A stretch of 64,000 nt of DNA from an uncultured delta proteobacterium (GTDB lineage Bacteria; Myxococcota; Kuafuiibacteriia; Kuafuiibacteriales; Kuafuiibacteriaceae): contig CAWDML010000001.1 of assembly GCA_963803435.1 (NCBI GenBank), positions 672,001-736,000 on the forward strand, read 5' to 3'. The translations under genes were made by a program, and so were the position numbers. Positions 40,746 to 51,383 of the stretch are shown one piece after another. Within the stretch, counting starts at the first letter, position 1. Each line of letters opens with the position of its first letter. The notes below the pieces were generated by a model that saw only the letters and a list, made by a program, of their open reading frames with translations, was not told the origin of the DNA and did no database searches.

Positions 40746-42378
40746 ATGAGACGCCCGCTCCGTCCTCGAGTGCCTCCTTTGAACAGCCCGGGGCAAAGTG
40801 ACGTGGGCGACCGGGATACGAACGAGCGAGCGATCTCCAGGACGACTCGGCGCCCCGTCCTCGGGGCATCACGAATCGGCCTGCTGCTGGCCTTCTGCGG
40901 GTGCGCGGTGGGTCCAGACTACCGGCATCCGGAAGTCGCCGTCGCCCAGCAATGGCAAGCGCAAGACGATCCGCGGATCGACACACGGAGCGCCGTGGAC
41001 AGCGAGTGGTGGAGAGGCTTCAACGACGCCGCGCTGAGCCGCCTCATCGAGCTCGCCTATCAACAGAACCTGCCGCTGCAGATCACCGCCCTGCGGATTC
41101 TGGAGGCGCGCGCGAAGCTGAACGTGGCCTGGGGACAGATCTTTCCCCAGGTGCAGGTCGCCCTCGGTCAGGTGAACGTGCAGCGACTCAGCAAGAACGC
41201 CCCCAACACGGGACAGCTCGACCGCAGCTTCGTCGACTATCAGCTGGGGTTCGACGTGGCCTGGGAGCTCGACCTTTGGGGCAAATACAGACGGGGTATC
41301 GAGGCCGAAGAGGCCACCGTGCGGGCGTCCGAGTACGACTACTACGGCGGCATCGTCTCCCTCACTGCAGAAGCTGCTCGAACGTACACCGCGATTCGGA
41401 CGTTCGAGGTGCTGATCGAGCTGGCCGAGACGAACGCCAGAGTCCAGGAAGAGGCGCTGAAGATCGCGGAGGCTCGCTTCCAGAATGGTGCGACCTCCGA
41501 GCTCGACGTCTCGCAGGCGACGACGCTGTTGGAGAGCACCCGCGCGTCCATCCCCGATCTGCGGACCGGTCTGGAGCAGGCCAGGAACGCCTTGAGCACG
41601 CTCCTCGGACAACCCCCGGGCAATCTCGACGCGCTGCTGGTCGGGCCCAAGTTGATTCCGACGGTGACCGCGACCGTCGCGGTCGGCGTGCCGACCGACT
41701 TGCTCCGGCGGCGTCCCGACGTCCGCAGCGCCGAGCAGCTCGCGGCCGCCCAGTGCGCTCGAGTCGGCGTCGCCAAAGCGGAGCTCTATCCGACGTTTTC
41801 GTTGTTCGGAACGATCGGGTTCGAGGCGAGCACCGGCGCCGGCCCCTTCCTCGAAGACGTCGGTGACAGCCTATTCTATTCGGTGGGCCCCAGGATCGTC
41901 TGGCCGTTATTCAACTACGGCCGCATCACGAACAACGTTCGCATCGAGGACGCGCGCTTTCAGCAGCTGCTGGTGAGCTACCAGAACACCGTGCTGCAGG
42001 CGGCCCAAGAGGCGGAGGACGCGATGGCCGGCTTTCTCAACGCCCAGCACGCCCTGACGTTCGAACGACAATCCGTCGAGGCTGCCAAGCGATCGGTGGA
42101 GATCGCCCTCGCGGCGTATCGGGAAGGCGAGGTGGACTTCCAGCGCGTGCTCGATGCGCAGCGCGCGCTCCTGGAGCAGCAGAATCGCCTGGCCGAGACG
42201 ACCTCATCGGTCACCACGAGCCTCATCGCCCTGTACAAGGCGCTCGGCGGCGGATGGAAGTCGCGCCAGGGCGAGTCTGCCGTGCGCGAACGGACGCAGG
42301 CCGAGATGAGGGAGCGCACCAGCTGGGGCGATTCTGATCTCCGAGCCACCCGACACTCAGACGTCCCAGGCGCGCTAG
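40746..42378 (+). CDS. NodT/OprM-family outer membrane efflux lipoprotein, apparent +1 frameshift at ~42332
   Basis: GCAVGPDY, WELDLWG, LLRRRPDV, LYKALGGGW. Corrected end is WGDLISEPP...AR*, followed by the GGAGG RBS of the next gene. Start uncertain. Confidence 0.9.
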
Positions 42379-42388
42379 GGAGGCAGCC

Positions 42389-43423
42389 GTGAAGATCTCG
42401 AAGAAGTCAGCGCTCAAGTGGTCCGCGCTCGCGCTCGCCGTCCTGGCGGTCGGATTCCTCGCATTCCGTTACTGGAAGGGCAGACAATCGGCGCTTCCGG
42501 AGGGGATCGCTTCGGGTAACGGCCGGCTCGAGGCGAAGCTGGTGGACATCGCCTCGAAGGAGCCGCTCCGGGTCAAGGAGATCCTCGTCGACGAGGGAGC
42601 GCTCGTCCGGCCGGGTCAGGTGCTGGTCCGCATGGACACCACCACCATCGAGGCAGAGCTGTCGGAGTCCGAGGCAAAGGTGGCGGCCGCCGAGGAGCGG
42701 CTCGCGCTCGCCCGCGCCTCCATCGCCAAGCAGAAGAGCGAGATTAGGCTCGCCAAGATCGAGGTCGACCGCTCCCGAAATCTCGTCGCCGCTGCGGCAG
42801 GCTCGCAGCGCGAGCTCGACACGCGCACGGCGAAGCTCGAGACGACCCGAGCCGCCCTCGCACAGGCTGAGGCGATGCTCGAGACCAGCCAGCAGGAGAT
42901 TGAGAGCGCCAAGGCGAACGCAGCCGCGATCCAGACCCGGATCGACGACGCGACGCTCGAGTCACCCGTCACCGGGAGGGTCTTGTATCGACTGACCGAG
43001 CCGGGCGAGGTTCTCCCCGCCGGGGGCGCGGCGCTCACGGTGGTGAACCTGGAGGACGTCTACATGGAGATCTTCCTTCCCGCCGAACAAGCGGCCCGAA
43101 CGACCATCGGCGCCGAAGGGCGGATCACCCTCGACTATGATCCCGATCGCGCAATCCCCGGCGCCGTCAGCTTCGTGTCCCCTGAAGCGCAGTTCACCCC
43201 CAAGCAGGTGGAGACCAAGAGCGAACGAGAGAAGCTGATGTTCCGCGTCAAGATCCAGCTGCCCAAAGAGCTGGCTGCGCAGTTCGTCGAGCGCATCAAG
43301 ACGGGCGTGCGGGGGGTCGGATACGTCAAGTTGGTTCCGTCCGCGGTGTGGCCGGACCGACTCCAGAACCTGGTACAGCCCCCTGCCGAGAGGGTCAGCT
43401 CGCTCGATGGGCTCGGAGGGTGA
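42389..43423 (+). CDS. HlyD-family membrane fusion protein (YhiI-like)
   Basis: SGNGRLEA, coiled coil, AQFTPKQVETKSEREKLMFRVK. Confidence 0.92.
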   Translation: MKISKKSALKWSALALAVLAVGFLAFRYWKGRQSALPEGIASGNGRLEAKLVDIASKEPLRVKEILVDEGALVRPGQVLVRMDTTTIEAELSESEAKVAAAEERLALARASIAKQKSEIRLAKIEVDRSRNLVAAAAGSQRELDTRTAKLETTRAALAQAEAMLETSQQEIESAKANAAAIQTRIDDATLESPVTGRVLYRLTEPGEVLPAGGAALTVVNLEDVYMEIFLPAEQAARTTIGAEGRITLDYDPDRAIPGAVSFVSPEAQFTPKQVETKSEREKLMFRVKIQLPKELAAQFVERIKTGVRGVGYVKLVPSAVWPDRLQNLVQPPAERVSSLDGLGG

Positions 43424-43426
43424 GTC

Positions 43427-46204
43427 ATGGCCTCATCGATATCCTCTCCGGTACCCGGCGGCCCGCCGGTGGTCTCGATCGAACGAGTCACGCACCGCTA
43501 CGGCAAGGTCGTCGCGCTCGACGGGATCTCTCTCGACATTCCGAGCGGCATCATGGCGGGCATCGTGGGCGCAGATGGCGTCGGAAAATCGACGCTCATG
43601 GCGCTGATCGCGGGCTCCAAGAAGATGCAGCACGGGAAGGTTACCGTGCTCGATGGGGACATCGCGAACGGACGGCATCGGCGCGCCGTCGGCCCCCGGA
43701 TCGCGTACATGCCGCAGGGCTTGGGCAAGAACCTCTACTTGGAGCTCAGCGTTCGCGACAACATCGACTTCATGGCGCGACTCTTCGGGCTATCGACCGC
43801 GGAGCGGAAGACGCGCATCGACGAGCTCCTCGCCGCGACCGGGCTGGCGCCGTTCCCCGATCGGCCCGCGGGCAAGCTCTCGGGTGGAATGAAGCAGAAG
43901 GTGGGGCTCTGCGGAGCGCTGGTCCACGAGCCGGATCTGCTCATCCTCGACGAGCCCACCACCGGCGTCGATCCGCTCTCGCGACGCCAGTTCTGGTCGC
44001 TCATCGACGAGATCCGGGCGGGACGTCCCAGCATGAGCGTCGTCATCTCCACCGCGTACATGGACGAAGCCGAAGCGTGGGACTGGATCGTCGCCATGGA
44101 CGCTGGGCGCGTGCTGGCGACGGGGACACCCGCGGAGCTGATGGAGCGGACCGGCACGTCGGATCTCGACCGGTGTTTCATCGCCCTCATGCCGGAGGAG
44201 AAGCGCGCGGGCCACACGGAGCTCACCATTCCTCCACGTCCCGCCGGCACCACGGAGATCGCCATCGAAGCGCACGGCCTGACGCGCCGCTACGGCACCT
44301 TCACCGCCGTCGACCACGTCACGCTCTCCGTCGAGCGCGGTGAGATCTTCGGCTTCCTCGGCTCCAACGGGTGCGGCAAGTCGACCACCATGAAGATGCT
44401 GACCGGCCTCTTGCCGCCGACCGAAGGCACCGCCACGCTCTTCGGGAGCTCGGTAGAAGCGGGCAGCATCGAGGTGCGAGAGAGCCTCGGCTACATGACG
44501 CAGGCGTTCTCGCTCTACGGCGAGCTCAGCCTCCGCCAGAACCTGGCCTTGCACGCCCGTCTCTATCACCTCCCACCCGAGCAGGCGAAGGCGCGGATCG
44601 AGGAGCTGGTCGAGATCTTCGGGCTCGGCGCACACCTCGACGCGCTGGCCGAGGACCTACCGATGGGTCTACGCCAGCGGCTCTCCCTCGCCGTCGCGGT
44701 GCTGCACGAGCCAGAGATCTTGATTCTGGACGAGCCCACCTCGGGCGTCGATCCGGCAGCCCGTGACAGCTTCTGGGAGCTCCTCATCGCGCTCTCGCGC
44801 GAGCAAAACGTCACCATCTTCGTGACGACGCACTTCATGAACGAAGGGATGCGGTGCGATCGCATCTCGCTCATGAACGCGGGCAAAGTGCTGGCCTGCG
44901 ATGCGCCCCAGAAGCTGATCGAGGCGCGAGGTGCGTCCAGCCTGGAGGAAGCCTTCATCGGGTACATGGAAGACTCGATCGCCGCGGGCGCCTCACCCGC
45001 CGCTGCACCCCTCCCTGGACCCGAAGCGGAGAAGCCGGTGCGCCCGCCGGCCTCACCCAAGCGCGCCGCCCTCCGCCTGCGCGTCGGCCGCATGCTCGCC
45101 TATACCCACAATGAGACCATGCAGATCCTCCGCGACCCGATCCGCTTGACGTTCGCCTTCTTGGGCTCCGCACTCTTGATGCTCGTGTTCGGCTTCGGGA
45201 TCACGACGGACGTCGAACATATCCGCTACGCATCGCTGGATCTCGATCAGTCCCCCGAGAGCCGGACCTATCTCGAGCAGTTCGCCGGATCGCCGCGGTA
45301 CTTCACGGGGACTCGACCTGCTCGCTCGGCCGATGATGCCTTGGAGCGGCTACAGTCGGACGATGTCTCCCTCGTCCTCGAGATCCCGCCCGACTTCGGC
45401 CGCGACTTCCAGCGTCGCGCCGCCCCGGAGGTGATGGCGCAGGTGGACGGTGCCATGACCTTCCGCGGTGACACGATCGGACAATACGTCCAGGGGGTGC
45501 AAGACGCCGCGCTGAGGGATCCCGCGACCGGCCTCGAAACGGCGGCTCCTCGTAGAGGCCGGGCCGAGATCGAAGAGCGATACAACTATAATCCGACCTT
45601 CGAGAGCATCTACTCCATCGTCCCCAGCGTGCCTGCCCTGTTGCTGCTGCTGATCCCGGCCATCCTGATGACCGTCAGCATCGTGCGCGAAAAGGAGCTG
45701 GGCTCGATGATCAACTTCTACGTCACGCCGACTGCGCGGCTCGAATACTTGCTTGGCAAGCAGCTCCCGTACGTGGCGATCGGGCTGCTCAACTATCTCA
45801 TCCTGACCCTCATGGCCCTGGTCGTGTTCGCTGTGCCGATCAAGGGCAGCTTTCTCATGCTGACCCTGTGCACGGTCTTGTACGTCACGGCGACGACGGG
45901 AGTCGGGATGATGACCTCGATCTTCACCAGCAGCCAGGTCGCCGCCGTGTTCGTGACGGCGATCCTCACCATCGTGCCCACCATCCAGTTCTCCGGGTTG
46001 CTCCAGCCCGTCTCGACCCTCGAGGGCAATGCAGGGTTCATCGGCAAGATCTGGCCCGCGTCTTATTACATGCACTCGAGCGTGGGCGCATTCACCAAGG
46101 GTCTCGGACCGCGGCTCATGATGCCGGACGTGGTCTTCCTGGCCTGCTGCATCCCGATCTTCTGGGCCGTCAGCGTCCTCGGTCTCAGAAAGCAGGAGAA
46201 GTAG
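43427..46204 (+). CDS. rbbA: Ribosome-associated ATPase / ABC transporter RbbA
   Basis: Two NBDs (GADGVGKST, GSNGCGKST), YMPQGLGKNLY, and a C-terminal ABC-2 permease. Confidence 0.92.
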   Translation: MASSISSPVPGGPPVVSIERVTHRYGKVVALDGISLDIPSGIMAGIVGADGVGKSTLMALIAGSKKMQHGKVTVLDGDIANGRHRRAVGPRIAYMPQGLGKNLYLELSVRDNIDFMARLFGLSTAERKTRIDELLAATGLAPFPDRPAGKLSGGMKQKVGLCGALVHEPDLLILDEPTTGVDPLSRRQFWSLIDEIRAGRPSMSVVISTAYMDEAEAWDWIVAMDAGRVLATGTPAELMERTGTSDLDRCFIALMPEEKRAGHTELTIPPRPAGTTEIAIEAHGLTRRYGTFTAVDHVTLSVERGEIFGFLGSNGCGKSTTMKMLTGLLPPTEGTATLFGSSVEAGSIEVRESLGYMTQAFSLYGELSLRQNLALHARLYHLPPEQAKARIEELVEIFGLGAHLDALAEDLPMGLRQRLSLAVAVLHEPEILILDEPTSGVDPAARDSFWELLIALSREQNVTIFVTTHFMNEGMRCDRISLMNAGKVLACDAPQKLIEARGASSLEEAFIGYMEDSIAAGASPAAAPLPGPEAEKPVRPPASPKRAALRLRVGRMLAYTHNETMQILRDPIRLTFAFLGSALLMLVFGFGITTDVEHIRYASLDLDQSPESRTYLEQFAGSPRYFTGTRPARSADDALERLQSDDVSLVLEIPPDFGRDFQRRAAPEVMAQVDGAMTFRGDTIGQYVQGVQDAALRDPATGLETAAPRRGRAEIEERYNYNPTFESIYSIVPSVPALLLLLIPAILMTVSIVREKELGSMINFYVTPTARLEYLLGKQLPYVAIGLLNYLILTLMALVVFAVPIKGSFLMLTLCTVLYVTATTGVGMMTSIFTSSQVAAVFVTAILTIVPTIQFSGLLQPVSTLEGNAGFIGKIWPASYYMHSSVGAFTKGLGPRLMMPDVVFLACCIPIFWAVSVLGLRKQEK

Positions 46205-46207
46205 GGT

Positions 46208-47332
46208 GTGAAGGCGCTCTTGAACATCTTCTGGCTGGGCCTCAAGGAGATCCGCAGCCTGACCACCGATCTGGTGATGGTGGTATTCGTCGTCTACGCC
46301 TTCACGCTCGCGATCTACGTCCAGGCGACGGGGACTTCGAGCGAGGTCAACAACGCGTCGATCGCCTTCGTGGACGAGGACGGATCGACCCTTTCCAAGG
46401 AGCTGTTCAACGCCTTCTATCCCCCGCGCTTCAAGTTGCCGGAGCTGATCCCTGCAGTGGACGTCGAACCGGCGATGGATGCCGGTCGGGTCATGTTCGT
46501 GGTCGTGATTCCACCCCGCTTCGAGCACGACCTTCGCGCGGGACGCAACCCGGAGATCCAGGTGAATATCGACGCAACCGCCATGCAGCAGGCCGGCATC
46601 GGCGCCGGCTACATCAAGAATATCATCGGCGATCGGGTCGAGTCCTTTCTCACTCGCTCGGATGTATCCGAGAAGAAGCCGATCAACCTGGTCGTTCGCA
46701 AGCTGTTCAACCCGAACGGAGTGTCGTCGTGGTTCAAGAGCGTGGTGGCCATCATCAATCAGATCACGCTGCTGACGGTGGTTCTGACCGGGGCTGCAGT
46801 GATTCGCGAGCGCGAGCACGGCACGCTCGAGCACCTCCTGGTCATGCCGTTGAGCGCGTTCGAGATCGCCATGGCGAAGGTGTGGGCCAACAGCGCGGTG
46901 ATTCTCGTCGCGACCGGCGCATCGCTCTTCTTGATCGTTCGGATGGCGTTGAAGGTGCCGTTCGCCGGCTCGGTGGTCCTCTGGTTCAGCGGTGTGGTGC
47001 TCTATCTGTTCTTCGCGACGGCGCTCGGGCTCTTTTTGGGAACCGTCTCGCGATCCATGGCGCAGTTCGCACTGCTCATCATCCTGGTGATCCTCGTGCT
47101 GATGCTGCTCTCGGGCGGCAGCACGCCCGTGGAGAGCCAGCCGAAGTGGCTGCAGTACGTCACGTATCTCCTTCCCTCGCGCCACTTCGTGAGCTTCTCG
47201 CAGGTCATCATCTACCGGGGCGGTGGCCTGAAAGCGGTGTGGAGTCAGTTCTTGATGGTGAGTGCGGTCGGACTCGGATTCTTCGTCTACAGCCTGACGC
47301 TCTTCCGGAAGTCGATCGCGGTGACCAAGTAG
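46208..47332 (+). CDS. ABC-2 type permease (YhhJ-like)
   Basis: LGLKE, REREHGTLEHLLVMP, LSGGSTP.ES. Confidence 0.92.
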   Translation: MKALLNIFWLGLKEIRSLTTDLVMVVFVVYAFTLAIYVQATGTSSEVNNASIAFVDEDGSTLSKELFNAFYPPRFKLPELIPAVDVEPAMDAGRVMFVVVIPPRFEHDLRAGRNPEIQVNIDATAMQQAGIGAGYIKNIIGDRVESFLTRSDVSEKKPINLVVRKLFNPNGVSSWFKSVVAIINQITLLTVVLTGAAVIREREHGTLEHLLVMPLSAFEIAMAKVWANSAVILVATGASLFLIVRMALKVPFAGSVVLWFSGVVLYLFFATALGLFLGTVSRSMAQFALLIILVILVLMLLSGGSTPVESQPKWLQYVTYLLPSRHFVSFSQVIIYRGGGLKAVWSQFLMVSAVGLGFFVYSLTLFRKSIAVTK

Positions 47333-47363
47333 CCAGCCACGCGGAGCTCGCAAAGGAGAGACG

Positions 47364-48197
47364 ATGAAACCCTCGACGAAGCAGGGCGACCGGGGACAGG
47401 CCAAGACCGAAAGGAAACTGACGCGCAAGCGATACGAGAAGGAGCTGACCCGTCTGCAGACCGAGCTTTGCTTCGTGCAAGACTGGGTCAAGGCCGCGCA
47501 GCAGCGGGTCATGGTCATCTTCGAAGGCCGAGACGCCGCCGGCAAGGGTGGCACCATCCGCGCGATCACCGAACGCTGCAGCCCGCGCGTCTTTCGCATC
47601 GTGGCGCTCCCTGCGCCCTCCGACCGCGAGAGGTCGCAGATGTACATGCAACGCTTCATCCCCCACTTCCCGGCCGCAGGCGAGATCGTGATCTTCGATC
47701 GGAGCTATTACAACCGCGCCGGGGTCGAGCGGGTCCTGGGTTTCTGCACTGAGGAAGAGGCGCGCACCTTTCTCCAGCTCTGTCCGAGCTTCGAGAAAAT
47801 CGTGGTCGGGAACGGCATTCGGCTGATCAAGTACTGGATGGAGGTCAACGACGCCGAGCAGGAGCGCCGCTTCCGGGCGCGGATGGACGATCCTCTGCGG
47901 CAGTGGAAGCTGAGTCCCACGGATCTCGAATCCCGGCGACGGTGGTACGATTATTCGATCGCCCGGGACGAGATGCTCGCCGCAACCGACACCTCTTGGG
48001 CCCCCTGGTACATCGTGCGGTCGGACTCGAAGAAGCAGGCACGGCTCAACTGCATCAGCCACCTCTTGAGCCTGCTGCCTTACGAGCGCATCGACCGGCC
48101 CGAGGTCGACATGCCCAAGCGCTCGACCAAGCATGCCTATGACGACATCGCGACGATGACGGAGCGACGCTGGGTCCCGGATCCTTTCGCGTCATAG
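47364..48197 (+). CDS. ppk2: Polyphosphate kinase 2
   Basis: FEGRDAAGKGG, FDRSYYNRAGVERV, WKLSP.D. Confidence 0.95.
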   Translation: MKPSTKQGDRGQAKTERKLTRKRYEKELTRLQTELCFVQDWVKAAQQRVMVIFEGRDAAGKGGTIRAITERCSPRVFRIVALPAPSDRERSQMYMQRFIPHFPAAGEIVIFDRSYYNRAGVERVLGFCTEEEARTFLQLCPSFEKIVVGNGIRLIKYWMEVNDAEQERRFRARMDDPLRQWKLSPTDLESRRRWYDYSIARDEMLAATDTSWAPWYIVRSDSKKQARLNCISHLLSLLPYERIDRPEVDMPKRSTKHAYDDIATMTERRWVPDPFAS

Positions 48198-48341
48198 TTC
48201 GGCGAAGCGCACCGTAGACGGGCCCAGGGCGGGGACACTGCGCGACTTGTTCACGGGCGACCGAGCGCCACGGCATCGCCCAGCCGCCCCACCGCCCCAC
48301 CGCCGGTGAGGAGCTGGCGGGCCAGCGGGTCAAGGGCGACA

Positions 48342-48357
48342 TGGCACCCTGCTTGCT
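48342..48357 (+). promoter_or_regulatory. Sigma54 promoter
   Basis: TGGCACCCTGCTTGCT matches the TGGCAC-N5-TTGC consensus, ~40 nt before the 48397 start. Confidence 0.7.
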
Positions 48358-48396
48358 TCGGTCCAGTAAACATCGATCGAAATCGGAGGTGCAGAC

Positions 48397-48957
48397 GTGG
48401 CAACGCAGAAGCAGGACTGGACCCGGCCCCAGGCGATGGCCATTCCCAAGAGCGGTTACTTCGAGCTGAGGCAAGGCAATTTTGGCCCGATCTACCCCCG
48501 AACGCCGGCCTGCCACGGTTTCACCATCATCGCGAGGATCAAGCCGGGGACCGAGGGCGTGATCAGAGAGTACGGAAAGGTCATCGAGAAGGCGGTGACG
48601 GCGGACCCGGCGATGCTCGCGCCCTTGAGGCTCCACTACCTTCGCTGGGTCCTCTTCGAGGTCGGTGCAGACACCTTTTTCATGTACCAAGGTATTTTCG
48701 ATACGGACTTCGACAAATATACCGAGGATGCCGTCGCATTGTTCATCAGGTACGGCGTCAATACCATCTTTGAGAATCTCGAGGGCTTCCCAGCCGATTG
48801 GAAGACCAATATTCCGGCGTTCGTCGCGTTCCTTCGCGAACACCAGTGCCCGAGCTTCTTGGAGTACGGAGAGTATCCATACGCGACGGCGGACGAGATC
48901 AAGAAGTCCCTCCGACTCAAGCGGGCGTTCGAAGAGGTTCTCGATCAAATGCAGTGA
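48397..48957 (+). CDS. Hypothetical protein of Dyp peroxidase locus (possible alpha/beta-barrel)
   Basis: GGAGG RBS. LHYLRWV, YQGIFDTDFDKYTED, FENLEGFP. Confidence 0.75.
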   Translation: MATQKQDWTRPQAMAIPKSGYFELRQGNFGPIYPRTPACHGFTIIARIKPGTEGVIREYGKVIEKAVTADPAMLAPLRLHYLRWVLFEVGADTFFMYQGIFDTDFDKYTEDAVALFIRYGVNTIFENLEGFPADWKTNIPAFVAFLREHQCPSFLEYGEYPYATADEIKKSLRLKRAFEEVLDQMQ

Positions 48958-48966
48958 TGCGCGACC

Positions 48967-50370
48967 ATGAACGAGTACGATCTCATCGCGATTGGATCAG
49001 GCCCGGCGGGAGAGAGCGCTACAGAGCTGGCTTCCTTCTTCGGTCTGCGCGCGCTGGTGGTCGAGCGAAACCGCCCCGGCGGCACGGTGACCGCGACCGG
49101 AGGCGTACCGACCAAGACGCTCCGCGACGTCGCCGTTCAGGTCGCGGGGCTCCGTGCGGCGGCCGAGCGAGGGCTCCGAGTGTCCGCACCCGTGGAGGTC
49201 GTGATCGATGCGATCAGGAGACGCACCTCCGACGCTTGTGAGCGCTTGACGAGGATGACCGGCGAGACCTTGTCGGCCCGCGGCGTCGACTATCTGCACG
49301 GGACCGCTCGTCTCGAGAGAGGCCGGCGCGTGGTCGTCACGGATGAGGATGGGCTTCCGCGCGCGCTGGAGGCGAAGGCGGTCGTGATCGCGACGGGCTC
49401 CCGGCCCTCGCGCCCCCGGTCCGTCTCCTTCGATCTCCCGGGGGTCTGCGATACCGACACCATCCTGCGTCTCGGGCGGGTCCCCAAGGACCTCGTCATC
49501 GTCGGTGGAGGTGCCGTCGGGGTGGAGTTCGCGACCATCTGTCGCGCGCTCGGAGCCGAGGTCAGGCTCCTCGAGCGGGACGCCCGCCCGCTCGCCACGA
49601 TGGATCGCGAGATTGTCGATCGCCTGCTCGGGGCCTTCGAGCGCTCGGAGGTGACCGTGTCGACCAAAACCACGCTCGAGGGCGTGACTGCAAAGGATGG
49701 GGGGCTCGAGGTGGTGCTCTCCGACGGGACGACCGTCGCGCCCGATACGGTGCTCTTCGCTGCGGGCCGGGTTCCGAACACCGAAGGTCTGGGCCTCGAA
49801 GATGCGGGTGTCGCGGTCGACGCCCGCGGCAGGATCGTCGTCGACGAATGGTTCAGGACCTCCGCGGAGGGCATCTGGGCGGCGGGCGACGTCGTTCGTC
49901 CGACCTTGGCCTCGATCGCGATGGAGCAGGGACGAGCGGCATTCTGTCGGGCGTTCGGCGTCCCCTTCGAGGGGACGGTGGATCCGTGCCCGGTCTCCGC
50001 GGTCTACAGTATGCCCGAGCTCTCGGGCGCGGGCCTCACCGAGGAGCAATGTCGCGAGTCGAAGCTCGACTATGAAGTGGGGCGAGCCGATCTCGACCAA
50101 ACGCCGCGCGGGGTCATCGCAGGCCGTGGAGGCCTGTTGAAGCTCATCTTCTCGAAGCATGACAGGAGGCTCCTCGGCGTTCACTGCATCGCCGACATCG
50201 CCTCGGAGCTCGTGGGGATTGGTCAGATGGTCATCCGCTGTGGCGGCACCCTCGACACCATCGCGAACATGTCGATGAACACGCCGACCTACGGCTATGC
50301 CTACAAGTACGCGGCCTTCGACGGTCTCCGGCGCGCGCCGAGAGGTCCGCCGGCTGGAGGTGCTCGATGA
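48967..50370 (+). CDS. Soluble pyridine nucleotide transhydrogenase-like flavoprotein (SthA-like)
   Basis: IGSGPAG, GGVPTKTLR, ATGS.P, GGGAVGVE, AAGDV, NTPT...AYKYAAFDG. No redox CxxxxC. Confidence 0.8.
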   Translation: MNEYDLIAIGSGPAGESATELASFFGLRALVVERNRPGGTVTATGGVPTKTLRDVAVQVAGLRAAAERGLRVSAPVEVVIDAIRRRTSDACERLTRMTGETLSARGVDYLHGTARLERGRRVVVTDEDGLPRALEAKAVVIATGSRPSRPRSVSFDLPGVCDTDTILRLGRVPKDLVIVGGGAVGVEFATICRALGAEVRLLERDARPLATMDREIVDRLLGAFERSEVTVSTKTTLEGVTAKDGGLEVVLSDGTTVAPDTVLFAAGRVPNTEGLGLEDAGVAVDARGRIVVDEWFRTSAEGIWAAGDVVRPTLASIAMEQGRAAFCRAFGVPFEGTVDPCPVSAVYSMPELSGAGLTEEQCRESKLDYEVGRADLDQTPRGVIAGRGGLLKLIFSKHDRRLLGVHCIADIASELVGIGQMVIRCGGTLDTIANMSMNTPTYGYAYKYAAFDGLRRAPRGPPAGGAR

Positions 50371-51383
50371 GTCTTTCGAAGGCTCCCGCGCGGAGCTACA
50401 ACCAAACGCATGAGCCGCGCCCTTACACCGCGGGCCGGCGCCGCTTCAGCATCTATTGGGCTTGGAGTTATCCGTGGGAGGCGAACCGAGCCCCGACGCA
50501 GCTCGACAATCGCTTCTCGACCATGACCGAGGTTCGCCGGGTGGGCTGGCCCGAGTACGAGTCCGCCGAGTGGTCCGAGAGCAACTTCCTCCAAGGTATC
50601 GATGGAACCCTCGAGCTCTTCCATCTCTCGCTCGAGAGGTTCCAGAGCCTCATCGGCGAGGTGACGGGGCATCCGGCTCGGGTCTATCAGCGCGTCGACC
50701 AAGCGGGGCACTTCCTCCCCTTGGACGAACGCATCCTCGACGACACGGATACGTTGATGGTGTTCGGCCTCGACCACCTCGCGTCCGAGCAGGAAGCGTC
50801 CGAGGAGGAGCTCGCCTGGCTGTGCCGGTTTCTTGCCAAGGAGGGGAACGCTCTACTGATTGGACCGCACCACGACGTCGGAGCCTCGGACGACCTCGAG
50901 GTGCGCGCGATCGAGTACGCGCACCACGGCGATCCGCTGGTGCCGCACCAGCAGCGCTTCGGACTCTATACGCGCTCGCTGATGAAGGGCCTCGGCGTGC
51001 CGGTGGAGAACCGATATGGCCTTCGTCCGGCCGTCTTACCGGGGACGGATCGTCTCGCGCCCCTGTCGGCGATGAGGGATCTCGACCGCCGGCATTGGCT
51101 CGACGGGGTCACGACCTTCAATTTCCACCCGCATCTGCCGCACTACGCGGTGACCACCGACGACCCGAAAAACATCCACGTCCTAGCTCGGCAGCCGATC
51201 GACCTGACCCGACGACACCCCTTCACAGACGCCGGGAATCGCGAGCTCGACATGTTCCTGTGGATGCCCCCCAACGGAGATCGCGCGGCGGACATCCTGC
51301 TCTCCGACTCGACCCTCTTCACCACCTTGTTCGGGGCGAGCGAGAGCCTCGAGCGCTTCTGGAAGAACCTCGCGAACCCATGA
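50367..51383 (+). CDS. Hypothetical protein
   Basis: 338-aa ORF coupled by ATGA overlaps on both sides. His-rich motifs GPHHDVG, YAHHGD, FHPHLPH. Confidence 0.75.
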   Translation: MSLSKAPARSYNQTHEPRPYTAGRRRFSIYWAWSYPWEANRAPTQLDNRFSTMTEVRRVGWPEYESAEWSESNFLQGIDGTLELFHLSLERFQSLIGEVTGHPARVYQRVDQAGHFLPLDERILDDTDTLMVFGLDHLASEQEASEEELAWLCRFLAKEGNALLIGPHHDVGASDDLEVRAIEYAHHGDPLVPHQQRFGLYTRSLMKGLGVPVENRYGLRPAVLPGTDRLAPLSAMRDLDRRHWLDGVTTFNFHPHLPHYAVTTDDPKNIHVLARQPIDLTRRHPFTDAGNRELDMFLWMPPNGDRAADILLSDSTLFTTLFGASESLERFWKNLANP

